NCBI GenBank assembly: GCA_035651815.1
Contig: DASRFB010000042.1
Location: forward strand, 243-64,242
Direction: 5' to 3'
Source: Burkholderiales bacterium
GTDB taxonomy: Bacteria > Pseudomonadota > Gammaproteobacteria > Burkholderiales > SG8-39
DNA: 64,000 bases
Shown: piece after piece, positions 9,645-19,673 of the stretch
Numbering within the stretch: position 1 is the stretch's first letter
Layout of the letters: each line of letters opens with the position of its first letter
Program-made: the position numbers and the translations under genes
The notes under the pieces: model-generated
Databases searched by the model: none
What the model was told of the DNA's origin: nothing
The model's input: the letters and a program-made list of their open reading frames with translations, nothing else

Positions 9645-10387
9645 CGTCGCTCGCGGGCCAGGTCGCCCTCGTCACCGGTGCCTCGCGCGGCATCGGCAAG
9701 GCGATCGCGCTCGGACTCGCCGCGCGCGGAGCCTCGGTCGTCGGTACCGCGACCACCGACGCGGGGGCCCGGTCGATCTCCGATTATCTCGCCGGGGCGG
9801 CGGCCAAGGGCAAAGGCGTGCGCCTCGACGTGCGCGACGCCGCGCAGATCGACGCGCTCGTCGCCGACGTCGGGAAGTCGCTCGGCAGCATCGCCATCCT
9901 TGTCAACAACGCCGGCATCACGCAGGACAACCTCACGATCCGGATGAAGGAGAGCGAGTGGGACGACGTGCTCGAAGCCGATCTCAAGTCGGTGTTCCTG
10001 CTCTCGAAGGCCGTGCTGCGCGGCATGATGAAGGCGCACGCGGGCCGCATCATCAATATCGGCTCGGTCGTCGGCGCGAGCGGCAACCCGGGACAGGTGA
10101 ACTACGCGGCGGCCAAGGCCGGCATGGCCGGACTGACGCGGTCCCTCGCGCGCGAGATGGGAAGCCGCGGCATCACGGTCAATTGCGTTGCCCCGGGTTA
10201 TATCGATACCGACATGACGCGCGCGCTGCCCGAGCCGCAGCGCGCGGCGCTGCTGGCGCAGATCCCGCTGGGGCGGCTCGGCGCGCCGGAAGACATCGCG
10301 GCCGCGGTCGTTTTCCTCGCGTCTCCCGAGGGCGCGTACATCACGGGCGCGACGCTGCACGTGAACGGCGGGATGTACATGCTCTGA
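9641..10387 (+). CDS. fabG: 3-oxoacyl-ACP reductase
   Basis: ALVTGASRGIGKAIA, NNAGIT, YAAAKAGMAGLTRSLA. GTGA overlap with the fabD stop. Confidence 0.95.
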   Translation: MTSLAGQVALVTGASRGIGKAIALGLAARGASVVGTATTDAGARSISDYLAGAAAKGKGVRLDVRDAAQIDALVADVGKSLGSIAILVNNAGITQDNLTIRMKESEWDDVLEADLKSVFLLSKAVLRGMMKAHAGRIINIGSVVGASGNPGQVNYAAAKAGMAGLTRSLAREMGSRGITVNCVAPGYIDTDMTRALPEPQRAALLAQIPLGRLGAPEDIAAAVVFLASPEGAYITGATLHVNGGMYML

Positions 10388-10496
10388 TGGGATCGCGCGC
10401 CGCAGCGCAGGGTGGAACAGGCGTTTGCGGATCCGCGCCGGGGCGCGCGGCCGGCGTCGCCGGATGCCGCCGGCATGCCGAGGCGGCGGGCGATTC

Positions 10497-10505
10497 TGTT
10501 ACAAT
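10497..10505 (+). promoter_or_regulatory. Candidate extended -10 promoter for acpP (TGtTACAAT)
   Basis: tgttacaat at 10497-10505 lies 52 nt upstream of the acpP ATG. A strong AGGAAGGAG RBS follows. Pattern only. Confidence 0.35.
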
Positions 10506-10557
10506 CGGCGGCTTCTGAAAGAGCGCCGCGGACACGACATACAGGAAGGAGCCATAC

Positions 10558-10800
10558 ATGGAGAACGTCGAACAGCGTGTCAAGAAGATCGTTGCCGAGC
10601 AGCTGGGTGTCAACGAAGCGGAGATCAAGAACGAGTCCTCCTTCGTCGACGACCTCGGCGCCGATTCGCTGGACACGGTCGAGCTGGTGATGGCCCTGGA
10701 GGAAGAGTTCGAGACCGAGATCCCGGACGAGGAAGCCGAGAAGATCACCACGGTCCAGCAGGCCATCGATTACATCAACGTCCACGCCAAGAAGTCCTGA
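10558..10800 (+). CDS. acpP: Acyl carrier protein
   Basis: [23 protein letters not shown], the canonical phosphopantetheine-attachment DSLD motif. Confidence 0.97.
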   Translation: MENVEQRVKKIVAEQLGVNEAEIKNESSFVDDLGADSLDTVELVMALEEEFETEIPDEEAEKITTVQQAIDYINVHAKKS

Positions 10801-10827
10801 TTCTTCAGCGGGGCGTGCGGAGCAGAA

Positions 10828-12066
10828 TTGAGTCGTCGTCGTGTCGTCGTCACCGGACTCGGCACCGTCTGTCCGGTCGGTAACAGTGTCCCGGAAGCCT
10901 GGGCCAGCATCCTGGCCGGCAAGTCCGGAATTACGCGCATCACCCGTTTCGACCCGAGCGCGCTCGCCTGCCAGATCGCGGGCGAGGTGAAGAACCTCGA
11001 CGTCGGGGCGTTCCTGTCGGCGAAGGAATCGCGGCGCATCGACCGCTTCATGCATCTCGGCATCGCCGCGGGAATCGAGGCGATCAAGGACTCGGGCATC
11101 GAGGTCGATGAATCCAACGCCGAGCGCATCGGCGTGAACATCGGCTCGGGCATGGGCGGCCTGCCCATGATCGAGGAGACCTACCAGGACGTCCAGAAGG
11201 GCGGTCCGCGCAAGATCTCCCCGTTCTTCATTCCCGGGACCATCATCAACATGGTGTCCGGAAACCTGTCGATCATGTTCGGCCTGAAGGGTCCGAACCT
11301 CGCGATGGTGACCGCGTGCACGACGTCGGCGCATTGCATCGGCGAGGCGGGCAGGCTGATCGAGTACGGCGACGCCGACGTGATGGTCGCGGGCGGAACC
11401 GAATCGACCGTCACGATACTCGCGGTGGGCGGCTTCGCCTCGGCGCGCGCGCTCTCGACGCGCAACGACGATCCCGCGACCGCGAGCCGGCCCTGGGACA
11501 AGGACCGCGACGGCTTCGTGCTCGGCGAAGGCTCCGGCATACTCGTCCTCGAAGAGCTCGAGCACGCGAAGAAGCGCGGCGCGCGCATCTACGCGGAGCT
11601 CGTCGGATACGGCATGAGCGGCGACGCGCATCACATCACGGCGCCGCAGGAGAGCGGCGACGGCGCGGCGCGCTGCATGGCGAACGCCCTGCGCAACGCC
11701 GGGCTGAACAGGGACGACGTCGACTACATCAACGCGCACGGCACCTCGACTCCGCTCGGCGATCTTGCCGAGACGGTGGCGGTGAAGCGCGCCTTCGGCG
11801 ACCACGCGGCGAAGCTCGCGGTGAGCTCGACGAAATCGATGACGGGCCACCTGCTCGGAGCGGCCGGGGGAGTCGAGGCGGTGTTCTCGGCGCTCGCCGT
11901 GCGCGATCAGGTCGCCCCGCCCACGGCCAATCTCATCGACCAGGACCCGGCCTGCGACCTCGACTACGTGCCGAACGAGGCGAGGCGCATGCGCATACGC
12001 GCCGCGCTCTCCAATTCCTTCGGGTTCGGCGGTACCAACGGAACGCTGATTTTCAAGCGCGTCTGA
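10828..12066 (+). CDS. fabF: 3-oxoacyl-ACP synthase II
   Basis: [18 protein letters not shown] ..., [38 protein letters not shown] start at 10828. Confidence 0.95.
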   Translation: MSRRRVVVTGLGTVCPVGNSVPEAWASILAGKSGITRITRFDPSALACQIAGEVKNLDVGAFLSAKESRRIDRFMHLGIAAGIEAIKDSGIEVDESNAERIGVNIGSGMGGLPMIEETYQDVQKGGPRKISPFFIPGTIINMVSGNLSIMFGLKGPNLAMVTACTTSAHCIGEAGRLIEYGDADVMVAGGTESTVTILAVGGFASARALSTRNDDPATASRPWDKDRDGFVLGEGSGILVLEELEHAKKRGARIYAELVGYGMSGDAHHITAPQESGDGAARCMANALRNAGLNRDDVDYINAHGTSTPLGDLAETVAVKRAFGDHAAKLAVSSTKSMTGHLLGAAGGVEAVFSALAVRDQVAPPTANLIDQDPACDLDYVPNEARRMRIRAALSNSFGFGGTNGTLIFKRV

Positions 12067-12123
12067 GCGCGGGTCGGCGAGCCGCGCGCCCACCGTCGAA
12101 GTCGTTGCAACGCGAGAACAGCG

Positions 12124-12576
12124 ATGTCGCAGAGTCCGAGCCTGCGGTTGGACCTCAAGCCCTCGCCGATCCTCGCCGGCGCGCTCGCGCTGGTCCACGG
12201 ACTCGCGCTCGCGGCAGCGGCCGCGGTGCTCGCCGGTTGGCCGCTCGCCCTCGTCGCGGCGGGCGTCGCGCTCTCGGGCGCGGCGACGGTGGCCGAGGCC
12301 CTGCAGCGAACTCCTGCCGCGGCCCGGGCGCTCGAGCTGCACGCGGACGGCCGTGCGGCGTGGCTCGGTCCGACCGGGCACTGGCACGAAGGCGTTCTGC
12401 TTCCCGAGCGCGTCGTCACGCCGGCGTTGATCGTGCTCGCGCTGAAAGCCGGCGCGCGTCGTCGCAAGCATATCGTGCTCGCCGCCGACGCCTCGGACCG
12501 CGAGAGCCTTCGCCGGCTGCGCGCCTGGCTGCGCTGGCGCCCGCCGGCGGCGCGGGATCCCGTCGCGGAGGCCTGA
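12124..12576 (+). CDS. YgfX/CptA-like inner-membrane protein (tentative)
   Basis: Two N-terminal hydrophobic helices, then ...LELHADGRAAW...HIVLAADASDRESLRRLRAWLRW. As I recall it, this parallels the E. coli YgfX C-terminus (LWLAADSMDEAEWRDLRRILL). Assigned by pattern recollection only. Confidence 0.5.
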   Translation: MSQSPSLRLDLKPSPILAGALALVHGLALAAAAAVLAGWPLALVAAGVALSGAATVAEALQRTPAAARALELHADGRAAWLGPTGHWHEGVLLPERVVTPALIVLALKAGARRRKHIVLAADASDRESLRRLRAWLRWRPPAARDPVAEA

Positions 12577-12626
12577 TGCTCGCCGCTCAAGGCGTCTCGG
12601 GCGCCCGAATTCCCTTTGGAATGACT

Positions 12627-12653
12627 GAACTATCGCCGTATAGGCCGGTCAGT
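12627..12653 (+). promoter_or_regulatory. Candidate sigmaE-type promoter (tGAACTa-N16-TCAgt)
   Basis: GAACTA at 12627-12632, a 16-nt spacer, then TCAGT at 12649-12653. Compare the recalled sigmaE consensus GGAACTT-N16-TCAAA. It lies upstream of rpoE, which is autoregulated in studied species. Confidence 0.3.
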
Positions 12654-12713
12654 AGGGTCAGGGCTGCGCCGGGAGGCATCGGAGGCCGGGCTATACTGGC
12701 CGCCGCCCGTGGA

Positions 12714-12740
12714 GAACTCCGATCACAAGCACAAGCCTGC
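12714..12740 (+). promoter_or_regulatory. Second, weaker sigmaE-like promoter candidate (GAGAACTC-N16-CCTGC)
   Basis: GAACTC at 12714-12719, then CCTGC after 16 nt. The -35 resembles the recalled algU P1 GAGAACTT, but the -10 is poor. Confidence 0.2.
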
Positions 12741-12757
12741 GAATTCAGGGGGAACGG

Positions 12758-13360
12758 TTGATGGTCGACCGTGACCTCGACCGGCAGCTGGTCGAGCGCG
12801 CTCAAAAAGGTGACAAGCAGGCCTTCGAGGCGCTCGTCTCCAAGTACCAGCGCAAGCTCGCCCGGCTGCTCGCCCGCTTCATACGCGATCCGGCCGAGGT
12901 CGAGGACGTCGCCCAGGAGGCCTTCATCAAGGCCTACCGCGCTCTGCCGTCTTTCCGCGGTGACAGCGCCTTCTACACCTGGCTCTACCGCATCGGCATC
13001 AACACCGCGAAGAACTACCTCGTCGCGATGGGTCGGCGCGCGCCCACCGCGACCGAGTTCGATTCCGAGGAGGCCGAGGGCTTCGAAGACGGCGAGCACC
13101 TGCGCGACATCAACACGCCCGAGAGCGTGCTCATGTCGAACGAGATCGCGCGTACGGTCAACGACACCATGGAGCAGCTCCCCGAGGAGCTGCGCAACGC
13201 GATCACCCTGCGCGAGATCGAGGGCCTCAGCTACGAGGACATCGCGACCATCATGAACTGCCCGATCGGCACCGTCAGGTCCCGGATCTTCCGAGCCCGG
13301 GAAGCGATCGCCGAGAAGCTCCGTCCGCTGCTCGAGACGCGCAAAGACCGCAGGTGGTGA
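12758..13360 (+). CDS. rpoE: ECF sigma factor RpoE/AlgU ortholog
   Basis: LVERAQKGDKQAFEALVSKYQRKL ... VAQEAFIKAYRALPSFRGDSAFYTWLYRIGINTAKNYL ... LREIEGLSYEDIATIMNCPIGTVRSRIFRAREAI is near-collinear with the recalled E. coli RpoE. TTG at 12758 and ATG at 12761 are both possible starts. Confidence 0.92.
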   Translation: MMVDRDLDRQLVERAQKGDKQAFEALVSKYQRKLARLLARFIRDPAEVEDVAQEAFIKAYRALPSFRGDSAFYTWLYRIGINTAKNYLVAMGRRAPTATEFDSEEAEGFEDGEHLRDINTPESVLMSNEIARTVNDTMEQLPEELRNAITLREIEGLSYEDIATIMNCPIGTVRSRIFRAREAIAEKLRPLLETRKDRRW

Positions 13361-13416
13361 CCCGCGAGACGGCGTAGAATACGCCGCCGTCGACTGAAGT
13401 TTCCGAGGATTCCGCC

Positions 13417-14838
13417 ATGGCGAAGAGAATTCTGGTTGCGCTGTCTCTCTGGCTCCCGCTCGTGCTCTACGCGCAGGTCCGCGAGCTGCCCGATTTCTCC
13501 GACCTCGCCGAGAAGCAGGCGCCGGCGGTCGTCAACATCAGCACGACGCAGACGCGCGAGCGCCGCGCGACGCCGCAGATCCCGGACCTCGACGAGAACG
13601 ACCCGCTCTACGATTTCTTCCGCCGCTTCATCCCGCGGCAGCCGGGCCCGGGGCAGGGTCCGCGCCAGTTCGAGAGCCGCTCGCTCGGCTCGGGCTTCAT
13701 CATCGGGACCGACGGCTACATCCTCACCAACGCGCACGTCGTCGACGCCGCGGACGAGATCACGGTCAGGCTCACCGACAAGCGCGAGTTCAAGGCGCGC
13801 GTCATCGGCGCCGACAAGCGAACCGACATCGCGCTGCTCAAGATCGACGCCGGCAGCCTCCCGACCGTGCGCTTCGGCGATCCCAACCGGCTGCGCGTGG
13901 GAGAGTGGGTCGTCGCGATCGGCTCGCCGTTCGGCTTCGACAGCACGGTGACGGCCGGCATCGTCAGCGCCAAGGGACGCAGCCTGCCGCAGGAGAACTT
14001 CGTGCCGTTCATCCAGACGGACGTCGCGATCAACCCAGGCAACTCCGGCGGTCCGCTGTTCAACCTGAAAGGCGAGGTCGTCGGCATCAACTCGCAGATC
14101 TACAGCCGCACGGGCGGATTCATGGGGCTGTCGTTCGCCATCCCGATCGACGTGGCGATGGATATCCAGAACCAGCTGCGCCAGTACGGGCGCATCAGCC
14201 GGGGGCGGATCGGCGTCGTGATCCAGGAGGTTTCCAAGGAGCTCGCCGAGTCGTTCGGCCTGCAGAAGCCGGTGGGCGCCCTCGTCAACGCCGTCGAGAA
14301 GGGCGGGCCGGCGGAGAAGGCGGGCATCGAATCGGGCGACATCATCCTCAAGTTCAACGGCAAGCCGGTCGACAGCTCGAGCGACCTGCCGCGAATCGTC
14401 GGCAGCACGCGGCCCGGCAGCAAGGCTGGCATGGAGCTGTGGCGCAAAGGCGCCACGCGCGAGGTCACGGTCACGGTCGGCGAGCTTCCGGAGGACCGCG
14501 TTGCGACCCGCGAAAAGGGCAAGCCGAAGCCCACCGAGCAGGCGGCGAACCGCCTCGGCCTGGTGGTGGCCGACCTGAGCGCCGAGCAGCGCCGCGAGCT
14601 GAAGCTGAACGGCGGCGTGGCGGTCGAGGACGTGCGGGCGAACAGCCGCGCCGACGTGCGGCCCGGCGACGTGATCACCGCGGTCACGAGCAAGGGGCGC
14701 ACGACGGAGCTGAAATCCGCCGACCAGTTCAACCGGCTCCTCGCGCAGATCGACCGCAACACCGCGCTGACCCTCCATGTCCGGCGCGGCGAGAGCAACC
14801 TGTTCGTCACGGTCAAGGGCGACAGTGCCGCCGGCTGA
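13417..14838 (+). CDS. degP: Periplasmic serine endoprotease DegP/MucD (S1C, two PDZ domains)
   Basis: Signal peptide, then the intact triad contexts ILTNAHVV, TDIALLKI and GNSGGPLFN, followed by two PDZ-like regions. Confidence 0.9.
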   Translation: MAKRILVALSLWLPLVLYAQVRELPDFSDLAEKQAPAVVNISTTQTRERRATPQIPDLDENDPLYDFFRRFIPRQPGPGQGPRQFESRSLGSGFIIGTDGYILTNAHVVDAADEITVRLTDKREFKARVIGADKRTDIALLKIDAGSLPTVRFGDPNRLRVGEWVVAIGSPFGFDSTVTAGIVSAKGRSLPQENFVPFIQTDVAINPGNSGGPLFNLKGEVVGINSQIYSRTGGFMGLSFAIPIDVAMDIQNQLRQYGRISRGRIGVVIQEVSKELAESFGLQKPVGALVNAVEKGGPAEKAGIESGDIILKFNGKPVDSSSDLPRIVGSTRPGSKAGMELWRKGATREVTVTVGELPEDRVATREKGKPKPTEQAANRLGLVVADLSAEQRRELKLNGGVAVEDVRANSRADVRPGDVITAVTSKGRTTELKSADQFNRLLAQIDRNTALTLHVRRGESNLFVTVKGDSAAG

Positions 14839-15079
14839 GGCCGGCCGGCGGCTGGTGCTGTACGGCCGCCGCTACTGCCATCTCTGCGAGGAGATGCTCG
14901 AGGCGCTGAAATCGCTGGATCCGCGGGCGTCGCCCGAGTGGATCGACGTCGACTCGGATCCCCTGCTCGAGGAGCGCTACGGCGAGGACGTCCCGGTGCT
15001 GATGCTCGGGGACGTCGAGCTGTCGCGCCACCGCCTCGACCCCGAGCGCGTGCGTGCGTATCTGCATCGAACCGGCTAA
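14825..15079 (+). CDS. Glutaredoxin-like protein (DUF836-type, CxxC)
   Basis: LVLYGRRYCHLCEEML ... VPVLMLGD, a thioredoxin-fold CHLC motif. GTG at 14825 was chosen to limit overlap with degP to 14 nt. Track ORF starts at 14777. Confidence 0.65.
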   Translation: MPPAEAGRRLVLYGRRYCHLCEEMLEALKSLDPRASPEWIDVDSDPLLEERYGEDVPVLMLGDVELSRHRLDPERVRAYLHRTG

Positions 15080-15103
15080 AATCTCCGCTTTTGCGGGTAT
15101 TTA

Positions 15104-15126
15104 GGGTGCGCGAGGCACCCTTTTTT
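15104..15126 (+). terminator. Intrinsic terminator-like hairpin (gggtgc-gcgag-gcaccc + TTTTTT)
   Basis: 6-bp GC stem at 15104-15109/15115-15120, followed by a T6 run at 15121-15126. It lies 8 nt before the lepA ATG. Confidence 0.6.
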
Positions 15127-15134
15127 ATAGCCCG

Positions 15135-16928
15135 ATGCAGCACATTCGCAATTTCTCCATCATCGCGCACATCGACCACGGCAAGTCGACGCTGGCGGAC
15201 CGCTTCATCCAGCGCTGCGGCGGGCTGTCGGACCGTGAGATGTCGGAGCAGGTGCTCGACTCGATGGACCTCGAGCGCGAGCGCGGCATCACGATCAAGG
15301 CGCAGACCGCGGCGCTGCGCTACACGGCGCGCGACGGCAGCATCTACAACCTGAACCTGATCGACACGCCGGGGCACGTCGACTTCTCCTACGAGGTGTC
15401 GCGCTCGCTCGCCGCGTGCGAGGGCGCGCTGCTCGTCGTCGACGCGAGCCAGGGCGTCGAGGCGCAGACGGTCGCGAACTGCTACACCGCCATCGAGCAG
15501 GGCGTGGAGGTGGTGCCCGTGCTCAACAAGATCGATCTGCCGTCGGCGAATCCCGAGCGCGCCATCCAGGAGATCGAGGACGTGATCGGCATCGCCGCGA
15601 AGGATGCCGTCCGTGTCAGCGCGAAGACCGGAGAAGGCGTCGACGACGTGCTCGAAGCCGTCATCGCGCGCATCCCGCCGCCGAAGGGCGATCCGGCGGC
15701 GCCGCTCAAGGCGCTGATCATCGATTCCTGGTTCGACAACTACGTCGGCGTGGTGATGCTGGTGCGGCTCGTCGACGGCACGCTCAAGTCGAAGGACCGC
15801 ATCCTGCTCATGTCGACGCAGGCCACTCACCTGTGCGAGGACGTGGGCGTGTTCACTCCGAAGGCGCAGCCGCGCGAGCTCCTCTCGGCGGGCGAAGTCG
15901 GCTTCGTCATCGCCGGAATCAAGGAGCTGCAGCACGCGCGCGTCGGCGACACGATCACGTCGGCCGACCGGCCCGCGAGCGCGGCGCTGCCCGGCTTCAA
16001 GGAGATCAAGCCGCAGGTGTTCGCCGGGCTGTACCCGGTCGAGGCCAACCAGTACGAAGGCATGCGCGACGCGCTCGAGAAGCTCAAGCTCAACGATTCG
16101 TCGCTGCACTACGAGCCCGAGGTGTCGCAGGCGCTCGGGTTCGGCTTCCGCTGCGGCTTCCTCGGGCTGCTGCACATGGACATCGTGCAGGAGCGGCTCG
16201 AGCGCGAGTACGACATGGAGCTCGTGACCACGGCGCCGACCGTCGTCTACGAGATCGTGCTGCGCGACGGCACGGTGCAGCGCGTCGAGAACCCGGCGAA
16301 GATGCCCGACCCGTCGAAGATCGAGGAGATCCGCGAGCCGATCATCACGACCACGATCTTTTCGCCGCAGGAGTACGTCGGGCCGATCATCACGCTGTGC
16401 ACGCAGAAGCGCGGCGCGCAGAAGAACATGCAGTACCACGGCCGCCAGGTCATGCTCACCTACGACATGCCCCTGAACGAGGTCGTAATGGACTTCTTCG
16501 ACAAGCTCAAGTCCGCGAGCCGCGGGTACGCGTCGCTCGACTACGAGTTCAAGGAGTACCGCGCAGCCGACATGGTGAAGCTCGACATATTGATCAACGG
16601 CGAGCGCGTCGACGCGCTCTCGCTCATGGTGCACCGGGAGAACTCGCAGTACCGCGGCCGCGATCTGGTCGCGCGGATGCGCGAGCTGATCCCGAGGCAG
16701 ATGTTCGACGTCGCGGTGCAGGCGGCGATCGGATCGCACATCATCGCGCGCGAGACGGTGAAGGCCCTGCGCAAGAACGTTCTGGCGAAGTGCTACGGGG
16801 GAGACGTGACCCGGAAGAGAAAATTGCTCGAGAAGCAGAAAGCGGGGAAGAAGCGCATGAAGCAGGTCGGCACGGTCGAGATCCCGCAGGAGGCGTTCCT
16901 GGCGATCCTGCAGGTGGAGCACAAATGA
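15135..16928 (+). CDS. lepA: Elongation factor 4
   Basis: [33 protein letters not shown], and the C-terminal [28 protein letters not shown]. Confidence 0.97.
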   Translation: MQHIRNFSIIAHIDHGKSTLADRFIQRCGGLSDREMSEQVLDSMDLERERGITIKAQTAALRYTARDGSIYNLNLIDTPGHVDFSYEVSRSLAACEGALLVVDASQGVEAQTVANCYTAIEQGVEVVPVLNKIDLPSANPERAIQEIEDVIGIAAKDAVRVSAKTGEGVDDVLEAVIARIPPPKGDPAAPLKALIIDSWFDNYVGVVMLVRLVDGTLKSKDRILLMSTQATHLCEDVGVFTPKAQPRELLSAGEVGFVIAGIKELQHARVGDTITSADRPASAALPGFKEIKPQVFAGLYPVEANQYEGMRDALEKLKLNDSSLHYEPEVSQALGFGFRCGFLGLLHMDIVQERLEREYDMELVTTAPTVVYEIVLRDGTVQRVENPAKMPDPSKIEEIREPIITTTIFSPQEYVGPIITLCTQKRGAQKNMQYHGRQVMLTYDMPLNEVVMDFFDKLKSASRGYASLDYEFKEYRAADMVKLDILINGERVDALSLMVHRENSQYRGRDLVARMRELIPRQMFDVAVQAAIGSHIIARETVKALRKNVLAKCYGGDVTRKRKLLEKQKAGKKRMKQVGTVEIPQEAFLAILQVEHK

Positions 16929-17713
16929 ACTTCGCCCTGGTCCTGTTCGTGCTGACGCTGTTCACGGGCGCTTTTGCGCTCGCGGACGGCGTCTATTTCC
17001 GCCGGCAGCGCGCGCCCGGGCAGAAGGAGCCCTGGTGGATCGAGTACCCGAAGAGCTTCTTTCCGGTCATCCTGATCGTGTTCCTGCTGCGCTCGTTCCT
17101 GGTCGAGCCGTTCAAGATTCCCTCGGGATCGATGGTGCCGACGCTGCTCGTCGGCGACTTCATCCTCGTGAACAAGTTCGCCTACGGCATCCGTCTGCCC
17201 ATCGTGAACAAGAAGATCATCGGCATCGGCGAGCCGAAGCGCGGCGAGGTGATGGTCTTCCGCTACCCGGAGGATCCGTCGCTCGATTACATCAAGCGCG
17301 TGGTGGGCCTGCCCGGAGACCGCATCAGCTACGTCAACAAGAAGCTTACGGTCAACGGGGTCGAGCTGCCCCGCAAGCCGCTGCCAGACTACCTCAACCG
17401 GGAGCGCATCCATTATTCGAAGCAGTACCAGGAGAACCTGGGCGGCGTCGAGCACTCGATCCTGATCGAGGACGACGTCCCGGCGGCGATACCGTTCGTC
17501 AGACCGTTCCCATTTCGTGACAATTGCACCTACAATAACTCCGGTGTGACGTGTACAGTGCCTCCGGGGCACTACTTCATGATGGGCGACAACCGCGACA
17601 ATTCCGCGGACAGCAGGGTCTGGGGCTTCGTTCCGGACGAGAACATCGTCGGCAAGGCGTTCTTCATCTGGTTCAACTTCAGCGAGCCCAGCCGTTTCGG
17701 AACGTTCAAGTGA
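16925..17713 (+). CDS. lepB: Signal peptidase I
   Basis: [50 protein letters not shown] overlap with lepA. Confidence 0.93.
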   Translation: MNFALVLFVLTLFTGAFALADGVYFRRQRAPGQKEPWWIEYPKSFFPVILIVFLLRSFLVEPFKIPSGSMVPTLLVGDFILVNKFAYGIRLPIVNKKIIGIGEPKRGEVMVFRYPEDPSLDYIKRVVGLPGDRISYVNKKLTVNGVELPRKPLPDYLNRERIHYSKQYQENLGGVEHSILIEDDVPAAIPFVRPFPFRDNCTYNNSGVTCTVPPGHYFMMGDNRDNSADSRVWGFVPDENIVGKAFFIWFNFSEPSRFGTFK

Positions 17714-17745
17714 AGCGCGTGTCGACCCGATCCTCAGGGGGAGCC

Positions 17746-18105
17746 ATGAGAAAGCAAGGCGGTTTGGGAATGCTCGGGGTGCTGTTCCTGTGCATCGTGA
17801 TCGTCATCGGCGCGATCGGCGGGATGAAGGTCGTCCCCGCGTACCTCGAGTACTACAACATCAAGAAAGCGGTGAAGGGCATCGTGCAGAGCGGCCAGGC
17901 GGCCAAGAGCACGCCGGGCGAGATCCGCGAGCTCTTCGAGCGCCGCCGTGCGATCGACGACTTCGATTCCGTGACCGGCAGGGACCTGCAGATCACGAAG
18001 CAAGGCAACGACGTGGAGATCTCCTACTCGTACCAGCGGAAGATTCCGCTCTTCGCGAACGTCAACCTGCTGATCGACTTCTCGGGCAGCAGCAGCCAGC
18101 TATAG
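17746..18105 (+). CDS. DUF4845-like small membrane-anchored protein
   Basis: N-terminal TM (LGVLFLCIVIVIGAIGGMKVVPAYLEYY). Occupies the conserved lepB-rnc position. Family name is from recollection. Confidence 0.65.
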   Translation: MRKQGGLGMLGVLFLCIVIVIGAIGGMKVVPAYLEYYNIKKAVKGIVQSGQAAKSTPGEIRELFERRRAIDDFDSVTGRDLQITKQGNDVEISYSYQRKIPLFANVNLLIDFSGSSSQL

Positions 18106-18114
18106 CCGGAAGGA

Positions 18115-18783
18115 ATGAAGCGCGAAGGCATCGAGCAACGCATCGGCCACACCTTCGCGTGTCCGGAGCTCCTGGCGCAGGCGCTCACGCACCGCAGCCA
18201 CGGCGCCGCGCACAACGAGCGGCTCGAGTTCCTCGGGGACGGCGTCCTGAACTGCATCGTCGCCGCCGAGCTGTACGAGCGCTTCGGTGATCTCAAGGAA
18301 GGCGACCTGTCGCGCCTGCGCGCCAACCTCGTGCGCCAGGAGCCGCTGCGGCAGCTGGCGCACGACATCGGCATCGGCGAGCGTCTGCGTCTCGGCGAAG
18401 GCGAGATTCGCAGCGGCGGCTCGGACCGGCCCTCGATCCTCGCCGATGCCTTCGAGGCGCTGATCGGTGCCGTGTTTCTCGACGGCGGCTTCGACGCCGC
18501 GCGCGACGTGATCCGCCGCCTCTACGCGCCGCTGCTCGCGGAGCTCGACCCCCGGGATCCCGGCAAGGATCCCAAGACCCTGCTCCAGGAGCTGCTGCAG
18601 GCGCGCAAAGTGGCCCTGCCGCAGTACTCGGTCGTTTCCACGCAGGGCGCGGCGCACGAGCAGCAGTTCGAGGTCGAGTGCGTGATCGCCGAGCTGCGCC
18701 TGCGCACCAGGGGCAACGGCAGCAGCCGCCGCGTCGCGGAGCAGGAGGCGGCGCGAAGGGCTTTCGAGCAGCTGCGCGGGTGA
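18115..18783 (+). CDS. rnc: Ribonuclease III
   Basis: [13 protein letters not shown] signature and a C-terminal dsRBD ([12 protein letters not shown] ... [14 protein letters not shown]). Confidence 0.95.
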   Translation: MKREGIEQRIGHTFACPELLAQALTHRSHGAAHNERLEFLGDGVLNCIVAAELYERFGDLKEGDLSRLRANLVRQEPLRQLAHDIGIGERLRLGEGEIRSGGSDRPSILADAFEALIGAVFLDGGFDAARDVIRRLYAPLLAELDPRDPGKDPKTLLQELLQARKVALPQYSVVSTQGAAHEQQFEVECVIAELRLRTRGNGSSRRVAEQEAARRAFEQLRG

Positions 18784-19673
18784 GCGTACACCGCTGCGGG
18801 ACCATCGCGCTGATCGGCCGGCCCAACGTGGGCAAGTCGACGCTGCTGAACGCGCTCGTCGGCCAGAAGCTCAGCATCACGTCGCGCAAGCCGCAGACGA
18901 CGCGGCACCGCATACGCGGGGTGCTGACGCTTCCGGACGCGCAGTACGTTTTCGTCGACACGCCCGGGTTCCAGACGCGCCACCGCAGCGCGCTCAACCG
19001 CCTGATGAACCGGGGCGTGAAAGGCGCGCTCGAGGACATCGACGTCGCCGTGCTCGTGACCGAGGCGGGCCGCTTCGGCGCCGAGGACCGCGCCGTGCTC
19101 GGGCTCGTGCCGCTCGCGGTGCGGGTGTTCCTCGTCGCGAACAAGATCGACCGCATCGAGCGCGAGGCGCTGCTGCCGTGGCTGCGCAAGACCGCGAGCG
19201 AGGCGCGCTTTGCCGAGATCGTGCCGGTGAGCGCGCAGAAGCGCAAAGGCCTCGACGGGCTCCTGCGCGCGCTCGCGCGCTACCTTCCCGAGCAGGCGCC
19301 GCTCTACGGCGAGGACGACCTCACCGACCGCGACGAGCGCTTCTTCGCCTCGGAGCTCGTGCGCGAGAAGCTGTTCCGGTTGCTGGGCGAGGAGCTTCCC
19401 TACGGGGCGAGCGTGGCGATCGACAAGTTCGAGGAGGTGAGCGACCCGCGGGGCCCGCTGCGGCGCATCCACGCCTCGATCGTCGTCGACAAGGACGGCC
19501 ACAAGGCGATGGTGATCGGCGCGAAGGGCGAGAAGCTCAAGGCGATCGGCACGGCCGCGCGCATCGACATGGAGAAGCTCTTCGGGGGCAAGGTCTACCT
19601 CGAAATCTGGGTGAAGGTGCGCCGCGGCTGGGCCGACAGCGCATCGGCGCTGAAGAACCTCGGCTATGACTGA
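18780..19673 (+). CDS. era: GTPase Era
   Basis: [24 protein letters not shown], and a KH domain at the C-terminus. GTGA overlap with rnc. Confidence 0.95.
   Translation: MSVHRCGTIALIGRPNVGKSTLLNALVGQKLSITSRKPQTTRHRIRGVLTLPDAQYVFVDTPGFQTRHRSALNRLMNRGVKGALEDIDVAVLVTEAGRFGAEDRAVLGLVPLAVRVFLVANKIDRIEREALLPWLRKTASEARFAEIVPVSAQKRKGLDGLLRALARYLPEQAPLYGEDDLTDRDERFFASELVREKLFRLLGEELPYGASVAIDKFEEVSDPRGPLRRIHASIVVDKDGHKAMVIGAKGEKLKAIGTAARIDMEKLFGGKVYLEIWVKVRRGWADSASALKNLGYD

Noticed and set aside
12124-12576. This ORF as the missing RseA/MucA anti-sigma factor
   Set aside because: The topology (two N-terminal TM helices) and the C-terminal LAADxxD...LRR pattern fit YgfX/CptA. They do not fit the single-pass RseA architecture with an N-terminal cytoplasmic sigma-binding domain. 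The ORF also lies upstream of rpoE, not downstream.
14100-16922. 940-aa minus-strand ORF antisense to degP and lepA
   Set aside because: It overlaps the universally conserved lepA in antisense. The sequence is low-complexity and Arg/Leu/Asp-rich with no motifs.
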